This document shows, piece by piece, positions 44,630-51,049 of a DNA stretch of 51,049 nt. Position 1 is the stretch's first letter. Each line of letters starts with the position of its first letter. The position numbers and the translations under genes were made by a program. The notes beneath the pieces were generated by a model. The model did no database searches. It was not told where the DNA came from and worked only from the letters and a program-made list of their open reading frames with translations. This stretch comes from Methanobacteriota archaeon (lineage in GTDB: Archaea; Thermoplasmatota; Poseidoniia; Poseidoniales; Thalassarchaeaceae): assembly GCA_002731195.1 (NCBI GenBank), contig PCAI01000015.1:7114-58162 (forward strand), read 5' to 3'.

Positions 44630-45803
44630 CTATGCCTTCATTTCCAAAAGGATCATGTCTAGTAGTATTTGCAGTATATTCTTTCCAGTCTAGAGAAAAA
44701 CTATCTTGATTGGGATCCCATTCATCCCATGTTACTACTTCTTCAAGATTCTCAAGATACTTCGGAGGAACTATTCCAGGGACGATAAATGCCTTTTGTC
44801 TATGTAACGGGTATGGATTTCTCAACTCTATTCCCAATACGCCTAATACTGCTCTTGTGACATACCAAGTAGCTTGTGAATTCCATCCATGAGCTATCTT
44901 AATTACAATCCCTAGACCTTTTGGCCATTCTGGATGAATTATCGACAGCCCAAGTAAACCATCTGCGCCTTCTTTCGCTATTAACGTGCCCTTGCCAGCC
45001 TTAATACATGTTGAATCTAGTCTATTGAAACCTCCAATTAAATCCGGATGTTTATTCATGGCCTCCCAAATCCAATCATCTTCTCTTTCTGATGCTAGAC
45101 CTGCAAACATTATGGCCAGTTCATCAACTGTGTTGGATACAGTTGGTAATCCACAACCATCTTTGGCTACTCTAATAGGTTTCCAGTTAGGCTTATTCAT
45201 CAATCTTCTTAAAACATTTAAGAATTCTGGAAACCATTCCGAACTCGGTAATGTATAGCCAGCCCTACTCATTCCCATCCTACGCATGCCTCTTAGCATA
45301 GCAGCATGTTCTCCAGAGCAAGTATGAAACCATCTCCTTGGCCTCCTTACTTGCCTGCCAAATTGTATCAAAGGGACATCTAGTGGGCACTGCATCAATC
45401 CCCACTCCGACTCACTTAGCAAAGATTGAGCAGCAGCCACATGCTCCGTATCTCCATTGTGTGAAGAACATCCTATTGCTTTTTGCTCCCACGTTATCTT
45501 CTCATCCTCTAAAGCATCAACAAAAGTTTTCATCATCAATGGCTTCATCATAGATCTGCCATATACCAAGACATTACCTCCAAATGAATGTATTATCTCA
45601 TCACCATGTGCCCAAGCAATTGCTCCATGAATGGTATTCTCTGATACATCCATCCTCCGAAAATCAACCAAAGGCTCCCATTCCACATCTCTTCCAGTTG
45701 CAATGCCCGAGAATTTCTCTCCAAGGGGAGTTGTTGGATATACTTCTGAACCTGGTCTGCCCGGGGATACACTAGATGGCCTATGCTTAAATTCATCAGA
45801 CAT
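44622..45803 (-). CDS. Asparaginase-II (Rhizobium etli type, PF06089-like) family protein
   Basis: GRSMMKPLM, CSSHNGDTEHVAAAQSLL and HTCSGEHAAMLRG resemble the family motifs RS..KP.Q, SH.GE..H and NCSGKHAGML. Confidence 0.65.
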   Translation of the reverse strand: MSDEFKHRPSSVSPGRPGSEVYPTTPLGEKFSGIATGRDVEWEPLVDFRRMDVSENTIHGAIAWAHGDEIIHSFGGNVLVYGRSMMKPLMMKTFVDALEDEKITWEQKAIGCSSHNGDTEHVAAAQSLLSESEWGLMQCPLDVPLIQFGRQVRRPRRWFHTCSGEHAAMLRGMRRMGMSRAGYTLPSSEWFPEFLNVLRRLMNKPNWKPIRVAKDGCGLPTVSNTVDELAIMFAGLASEREDDWIWEAMNKHPDLIGGFNRLDSTCIKAGKGTLIAKEGADGLLGLSIIHPEWPKGLGIVIKIAHGWNSQATWYVTRAVLGVLGIELRNPYPLHRQKAFIVPGIVPPKYLENLEEVVTWDEWDPNQDSFSLDWKEYTANTTRHDPFGNEGIDG

Positions 45804-45804
45804 T

Positions 45805-47058
45805 TTATTCTACCTCATTTATTATTGGAACTACTTTATTCATAAAAGCACTCATGTTTCTCTTAACTCGCTCACTATCATGGTTAAAGAAGTCAAACCA
45901 ACACATTAATCTATCATTTTCATCAAATCTTTCTATTATCTGTTCTGCAACTTGATCAACATTCCCTATAACTGCATTATCTGTTGCCCTTTCTAACTTA
46001 TTTGGATCTATAGTTCCTTCTAGCGCATTCCAATATATGGATAGGGCCCTTCGAGCTTCTTCTTTGGCTGCAACACTCCTTTCTTCAGGAGATAAGTTTT
46101 CTTCATCATTAATGAATATCATAATAGTTCTTGGCATCATACTTCTTTCCCACGGGCCACCATCTTTATGGTAATATTTTGAGAATCTTTGATGTGTTTC
46201 TTCAATAATATGAGGAGGAGTTATGCTGAGATTAAATACTTGCACTGGCATCCATTTGTTGACTTCAATTTGTAGTTTCTTATCATGACTTCCGATTATT
46301 ACATTCAATAATTCACGCCTCCAATTCTGAGGTATGGTTTTTATCTGTTCAAATTGATATCTTTGAGGTATATTTATTTCATCAGGTAAGGAATCTAATG
46401 AGTTAACTTTCTTCGCTATTTCTTGGACTTTTCGCCAATCTTCCTCTGTATAAAAATTATCTCTCGTCAATATCGTTTTTCTAATATCTTGACTAGATAT
46501 TATCTCTCCATTTAACAGCCTAAGAAATATTTCACTTGCTTCAGCAAATATCTGGCCTCTTAAAGCAGGCCAAGCAACTTCTTCTATCTCATTTCTAGGA
46601 ACTATTCCGTATGGTCTAGCCATGAATTCAAATCTTCCTGCAGAATATCCAATATGTAAACGTCTATTTTCATCTCTTCTCATTCCATGTAATGTTAGGA
46701 ATGAACCAATCCTCTCAGCATGCGCAATCGGCCCACCACTCGCAAGTATGCTCATAACGGCACTACCTACTTCCATTTTCTTAGTTCTTGAAAACATTTC
46801 ACGTGCAATTTGAACAAAGTCTGTACAAAGCCCCACTTCTCCAGGGTAATGAGGGACTACTGGTTTTTCATTCATCTTTTGTACTTCAGTTGAAAGATGT
46901 GCCTGAGCAACCCAACCTACTCCAAAGCCTAACTCATCTGCTAACTCTACTTGATCGAAAAAATTCCTAAACATCTCCTTTTCAGTAGGTACATACTCCG
47001 ATGAATCGGGAGTTTGAGAAATCGAGAAAAATATGTCATATTCCATATTATCCCTCAA
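45805..47058 (-). CDS. Luciferase-like (LLM class) flavin-dependent oxidoreductase
   Basis: The N-terminal pattern FFSISQTP..........F....ELADELGFGVGWVAQAHL is typical of LLM TIM-barrel monooxygenases. ATGA overlap with the upstream SDR stop. Confidence 0.7.
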   Translation of the reverse strand: MRDNMEYDIFFSISQTPDSSEYVPTEKEMFRNFFDQVELADELGFGVGWVAQAHLSTEVQKMNEKPVVPHYPGEVGLCTDFVQIAREMFSRTKKMEVGSAVMSILASGGPIAHAERIGSFLTLHGMRRDENRRLHIGYSAGRFEFMARPYGIVPRNEIEEVAWPALRGQIFAEASEIFLRLLNGEIISSQDIRKTILTRDNFYTEEDWRKVQEIAKKVNSLDSLPDEINIPQRYQFEQIKTIPQNWRRELLNVIIGSHDKKLQIEVNKWMPVQVFNLSITPPHIIEETHQRFSKYYHKDGGPWERSMMPRTIMIFINDEENLSPEERSVAAKEEARRALSIYWNALEGTIDPNKLERATDNAVIGNVDQVAEQIIERFDENDRLMCWFDFFNHDSERVKRNMSAFMNKVVPIINEVE

Positions 47059-47864
47059 ATAGACCGCATTCTTCCACCATCAACGGCTAAACTTATTCCT
47101 CTTATCGCCCCACTACTCGGTAGACTCAGCCAAGTAATTGCGTTGGCTGTTTCCAATGGATCTATTAATCTCTGAATCGGAACACTATTCATCCATTCTT
47201 CTCGGACTGAATTAATTGATTTACCTGTCTTCTCAGAAATCGACTTAGAAAGTGACGATAGCCTATCAGTATCAGTAAAACCAGGTAATATATTATTTAT
47301 CGTGATACATGGATTTATCTCTCTGCTGAGTGATTTAGACCATGATGCCATCGCTCCTCGTAATGTATTTGAGAGCCCAATATTATCTATCGGTTCTCTA
47401 ACCGATGTAGAAATGACATTTATTATTCTCCCCATTTGGCTTCTTTCCATGCCCGGAATGAGCAATTTAGTTATTACATGCGAGGCATACAAATGTCTTT
47501 TGAAAGGTCCATCAAAATCTGTTATATCATTTTCAATTAATGGCCCTCCAGGGGGTCCTCCAGAATTATTTATCAATATTTGAATATCTCCAACTTCACC
47601 TATTAATGTCAAGATATTCTCTTCTATAGCCTCAATATCTTCTAAATCCATGACTAATATCTTGTGCCCTTCGCCATGAAGTTCAGAAACAACTTCGTTT
47701 AATTCTAACTTACTCCTAGCGCATAGTATTACTCTCGCACCGGCTCTAGATAACATCTGAGCAGTAGCCTTACCTATTCCTTTAGATGCACCGCATACAA
47801 GAGCCGTATATCCTTTTAATATCTCATCTGCAAACGAAAATTCTTCTTTCAATAATTTATTCAT
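47055..47864 (-). CDS. Short-chain dehydrogenase/reductase family protein lacking the canonical YxxxK pair
   Basis: ALVCGASKGIGKA (TGxxxGxG-like) and LINNSGG (NNAG). An ungapped alignment to E. coli FabG (GRIITIGS...[20 protein letters not shown]) gives GRIINVIS...LSNTLRGAMASWSKSLSREI. Confidence 0.85.
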   Translation of the reverse strand: MNKLLKEEFSFADEILKGYTALVCGASKGIGKATAQMLSRAGARVILCARSKLELNEVVSELHGEGHKILVMDLEDIEAIEENILTLIGEVGDIQILINNSGGPPGGPLIENDITDFDGPFKRHLYASHVITKLLIPGMERSQMGRIINVISTSVREPIDNIGLSNTLRGAMASWSKSLSREINPCITINNILPGFTDTDRLSSLSKSISEKTGKSINSVREEWMNSVPIQRLIDPLETANAITWLSLPSSGAIRGISLAVDGGRMRSI

Positions 47865-47873
47865 AATTTCACC

Positions 47874-48596
47874 TTAGTCAATATAATGCGCATAAGTTTC
47901 ATCCTGTAATTTCTGCCTCACTACTCGTAAAATTTCTTCAGATGCGTTTCGGAAGGTAGGATTTTCACTATCTCCCTGCGGCCTTCTTAGTTCACTCCAT
48001 ATGCCTTCATCATAAGCGATTAGCGCTTCTTTCATCAAAATTCCTGCTAATATTAATGTTTCAAAACATAGATCTTCATAAGTCATCCCTCTTTTAACTT
48101 GGACTTCTCTTCTCATAAGTAAATGTCCAGTGTCTATTCCATTATCACAAAAATGAGTTGATGAACCGATTGGTATATCGTGATAGACAGACCAAGCAGG
48201 AGATGCAGATCCCCTACATTCTGGTAAAAGACCTGGGTGAGAATTAATCACACCATCTTTCGGGAAGTCAAGAATCTCTCCTCTAATTATTCTAGTTCCT
48301 CCAAAAACGATTAAGTCCAATTCAATGCCCCTAATCAGAGGCATTACTTGTTCAGAATTGTGAATCGTTACTGAGACAATTTTTGTATCTAATTCTTTCA
48401 CTTGCTCTCGAATTGGAGGGGCTATAGGATTCCCCTCAATTCTTTTCAAGAACTTCTTTCTTTCTTCATCAGCTATTTCAGAATCTTCTTCGATAATAAT
48501 TTCCGGAACGAAACCCTCTGAAAGAATTTGTTGTAGCATCTCTCGCCCATATGGATGGCCTTTCAGTAGTAAGAATGCAAATTTCGGCTTTGCCAT
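47874..48596 (-). CDS. Formyltransferase-domain protein (Fmt/ArnA N-domain-like), 240 aa
   Basis: INSHPGLLPECRGSASPAWSV matches the H.SLLP..RG..P formyl_trans_N motif. There is no long C-terminal tRNA-binding domain. Confidence 0.75.
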   Translation of the reverse strand: MAKPKFAFLLLKGHPYGREMLQQILSEGFVPEIIIEEDSEIADEERKKFLKRIEGNPIAPPIREQVKELDTKIVSVTIHNSEQVMPLIRGIELDLIVFGGTRIIRGEILDFPKDGVINSHPGLLPECRGSASPAWSVYHDIPIGSSTHFCDNGIDTGHLLMRREVQVKRGMTYEDLCFETLILAGILMKEALIAYDEGIWSELRRPQGDSENPTFRNASEEILRVVRQKLQDETYAHYID

Positions 48597-48653
48597 ATTA
48601 TCGTTCCTCGGAAGGGGCGAACATACCCATTCTTTTCGGTCAAATGTAATGAA

Positions 48654-50084
48654 TCAAGGCGTTACACGACTTCTATCTCGAGGGAAAAGCACAACTTCTC
48701 TTACATTCCCTGCTCCTGTCAGGACCATCAAGAGTCTTGCAACTCCTAGCCCCCACCCTGCATGAGGAGGTGCACCATACCTGAAACCATCAGTATAAAA
48801 TGTAAAATCATCAGGATTTAGTCCCATATTTCTGAGATTTTGCTCCAAAACGTCTACTCGATGCTCTCTTTGACCTCCAGAAGTCATTTCATCTCTCCCA
48901 TAGTTAAGGTCAAATCCTCGACTTAATTGACCCCCTGTTGTTCCCTTTTCATCTTCTCTGTGGTGGATATAGAAAGGCTTCATTGACATAGGCCATCTTG
49001 GAAGGAAATGAAATCCTGGATATTTGGCCGCAATGATGTCACAGTGATGACTTTCTATATCGTCTCCCCATTCAATATCTCCTCCTCCTGATTTTACAAT
49101 TTCTATTGCATCACAGTAAGGTATACGAGGGAATGGTAAACTCGGAACTTCGACCTCAATCTCTTTGTTACCTTGACTAACTCTATACTCATTAATGACA
49201 TCTATCAAATTCTGATCATTCTCGACAACATTACTCCAGATATGATGTATCATTCTTTCTTGAACGCCCATTACGTCTTCATCATCCATCCACGCACCTT
49301 CTATATCAAAAGAGATAAATTCATTCAGATGCCGATAAGTATCATGTTTTTCAGCTCTAAACGCAGGTCCAATTTCAAAAACCCTCTCTAATCCACCTAA
49401 AACTGCTAATTGCTTGTACAGTTGCGGTGATTGACTTAGAAATGCCGGAGTATCAAAATACATCATAGGGAAAAGATTTGTTCCACCTTCCGAAGCACTC
49501 GCAATAATTTTTGGACTATTCATTTCCATAAATCCTTCTTTAATCAAATGCCCTCTGCCGTATTCTAGGACTTTACTACGAAGTTGAAACATAGCATTGA
49601 CATGCATTCTTCGTAAGTCCAGATGTCTATTATCTAGTCTGACATCTAACCCTACATGAACATCATCTATAACGCCGACTGGCAAGGGTGCGATAGCATC
49701 CGCTAAAATCGATCCAAATTTCACATTTATCTCATACTCAGGAGGAGGAGGGGACTCTCCTTCAGCAGTTTTAGGGGGCCTTTTTTGGGCCACTGTTCCT
49801 TTTACTTGAACAGTTGATTCGCGAGTTGAATTTTGTATAGAATCAAATACTTCTTCATTCATATTATCCTTTTTTAGAAAGGCTTGTATTTTTCCAGTCC
49901 CATCTCTCAACATTAAGAAGCAAATTGCCCCTCTTCCTCTTACAGTTTCTGCATAACCTGCTATTACAACTTCCTTTCCTAGGAGTTCAGAACCATTTTC
50001 TATAATTTGTCCGATTGTATGTGTCCTGTAAGCAGTTGACTTCCAATGACTACTGTCTCTCATATCAGTCCCGAGTATCTGCAT
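48654..50084 (-). CDS. aspS: Aspartate--tRNA ligase, archaeal/eukaryal type
   Basis: N-terminal OB fold (VVIAGYAETVRGRGAICFLMLRDGTGKIQ). Class II motifs: FRAE, GGQREHR, and PPHAGWGLGVARLLM..TG..NVREVVLFPRD. Confidence 0.9.
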   Translation of the reverse strand: MQILGTDMRDSSHWKSTAYRTHTIGQIIENGSELLGKEVVIAGYAETVRGRGAICFLMLRDGTGKIQAFLKKDNMNEEVFDSIQNSTRESTVQVKGTVAQKRPPKTAEGESPPPPEYEINVKFGSILADAIAPLPVGVIDDVHVGLDVRLDNRHLDLRRMHVNAMFQLRSKVLEYGRGHLIKEGFMEMNSPKIIASASEGGTNLFPMMYFDTPAFLSQSPQLYKQLAVLGGLERVFEIGPAFRAEKHDTYRHLNEFISFDIEGAWMDDEDVMGVQERMIHHIWSNVVENDQNLIDVINEYRVSQGNKEIEVEVPSLPFPRIPYCDAIEIVKSGGGDIEWGDDIESHHCDIIAAKYPGFHFLPRWPMSMKPFYIHHREDEKGTTGGQLSRGFDLNYGRDEMTSGGQREHRVDVLEQNLRNMGLNPDDFTFYTDGFRYGAPPHAGWGLGVARLLMVLTGAGNVREVVLFPRDRSRVTP

Positions 50085-50122
50085 AGTTATGAAAGATATT
50101 ACAAAGAGTAACTTGTATGGTC

Positions 50123-50956
50123 TTATTCTTCATCATCTCTGGAAATTTTGGCACCCATAATGAGAAATGCTGTATGTCCAATTGGAGTATTGCCGGGCCT
50201 CACCCCTCCTTTACTTGCCTTTGTCCATTTTCTCTCAATCATTTCGCCCGCCCACTCGACAATCATTCCACATTCTTCAATTGCTTCCCATGATTTTTCA
50301 AGTTGTATTGTAGTAGGGCAGTAGCATGCTAATTTTCCGCCTGGTCTCAAGTATTCTTCAACAATCGGCACTATTTCCCATGGTTCAGCAATATCTATTA
50401 TTGCAGCATCCATGGAATCACAGATATTCATTATGGTGTCTCTCGAATCTCTAAAGTCTCCTTCAAATAAGTACCAATCCGGAAATTCAGGCAGAATTTC
50501 CCTCAAGCGTTCCATATTTTCTTTACCTACAATTGCATGTTCTGGCCTTGACTCAACAGAAATCAATATTCCTTTTTCTCCCATTACGCTCGCCAAATGC
50601 ATCGCTAGTCCAGCAGAACCATGTCCTCCCTCTAAAATCCTTGAACCAATCCCGATACCCATCCATGAAATTAAAAAACCAGAGTCTTTTATGCCGATTA
50701 CTTGAGCTCTTCTGGACATATTTCTTCTAGCTTCTACAAGTGTTGGTTTTACTATAGTTAGTGATTTTTGCCCGACTATAATCCTATCTCCTATTGAATA
50801 ACCATCAAGTAACTGGGCAGCATCAAATCTCCCTAATCCTTTTATTTTTACTTCACCAGGAGTTTTTTGTAGTAAATATGCTCTTCCATCATCTTCTCTG
50901 AGTGCAACCCATTCTCCTGGGTCTACTATTTCCATGACCTTCCGAGTTCTTTTCAT
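50123..50956 (-). CDS. trmI: tRNA (adenine-N1)-methyltransferase TrmI (GCD14 family)
   Basis: GCD14-type N-terminal beta domain, then the SAM-binding ILEGGHGSAGLAMHLA and a D.AIIDI.EPWE motif. Confidence 0.8.
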   Translation of the reverse strand: MKRTRKVMEIVDPGEWVALREDDGRAYLLQKTPGEVKIKGLGRFDAAQLLDGYSIGDRIIVGQKSLTIVKPTLVEARRNMSRRAQVIGIKDSGFLISWMGIGIGSRILEGGHGSAGLAMHLASVMGEKGILISVESRPEHAIVGKENMERLREILPEFPDWYLFEGDFRDSRDTIMNICDSMDAAIIDIAEPWEIVPIVEEYLRPGGKLACYCPTTIQLEKSWEAIEECGMIVEWAGEMIERKWTKASKGGVRPGNTPIGHTAFLIMGAKISRDDEE

Positions 50957-51049
50957 GTTTCAATACCTTCTATTAATTTAAAACAGAGTCAATTAAGATA
51001 TTTGCCTCCTATATCATTAAATCATGTCGCCACTCCGTCTTTTACGTGG

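Noticed and set aside
44622-45803. Possible loss of a conserved Lys in the asparaginase-II-like motif (TCSGEHA versus remembered NCSGKHA)
   Set aside because: My recollection of which residues are catalytic or metal-binding in this family is not firm enough to call it. It needs a real alignment.
1-51049. Search by eye for tRNA, rRNA, CRISPR repeats, IS elements, integrases, and toxin-antitoxin or restriction/defence genes
   Set aside because: No intergenic region is long or GC-rich enough for a tRNA or rRNA. I saw no direct-repeat/spacer periodicity and no transposase, integrase, nuclease or helicase-like ORFs. A covariance-model scan (tRNAscan-SE, Infernal) would be needed to exclude small ncRNAs formally.
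51024-51049. Possible start of a plus-strand gene (ATG TCG CCA CTC CGT ...) at the right edge
   Set aside because: Only 26 nt are available, and no identification is possible from 8 codons.

Overview
This is a densely packed, AT-rich chromosomal segment, about 96-97% coding by my own start choices. It holds about 50 protein-coding genes. I found no rRNA, tRNA, CRISPR array, IS/transposase, integrase or phage gene; no intergenic gap exceeds about 150 nt. The informational genes are archaeal: ABCE1/Rli1, archaeosine tRNA-guanine transglycosylase, DRG GTPase, CTP-dependent riboflavin kinase, archaeal-type TIM, NMN adenylyltransferase, archaeal AspRS and TrmI. They sit among bacterial-looking aerobic heterotroph metabolism: SucCD, citrate synthase, GrpE, FabH, PPK2, beta-oxidation enzymes, and Rieske and diiron oxygenases. 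By inference this fits a planktonic heterotrophic Thermoplasmatota lineage such as Marine Group II/III (Poseidoniales-like), but the window alone does not prove it. Most of the window is ordinary housekeeping and central metabolism. I see no defence or mobile system. The best candidates for undescribed biology are:
1. A tightly coupled six-gene operon at 42154-48596 (Fmt-like formyltransferase, an SDR lacking the YxxxK catalytic pair, LLM monooxygenase, asparaginase-II-like protein, ALDH, FabH).
2. A five- to six-gene ABC-2 module at 23525-30362 with two ATPases, two permeases (one with a calcium-binding-like ectodomain), a tryptophan-rich WWWWW protein and a bPH membrane protein.
3. A glycerophosphodiester-phosphodiesterase homologue whose HRG catalytic strand appears moved to the extreme C-terminus (possible circular permutation).
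4. Loss of conserved metal-ligand cysteines in two core enzymes (ArcTGT zinc site, ABCE1 Fe-S domain).
All functional calls rest on motif recognition in the supplied translations. No database search was run.
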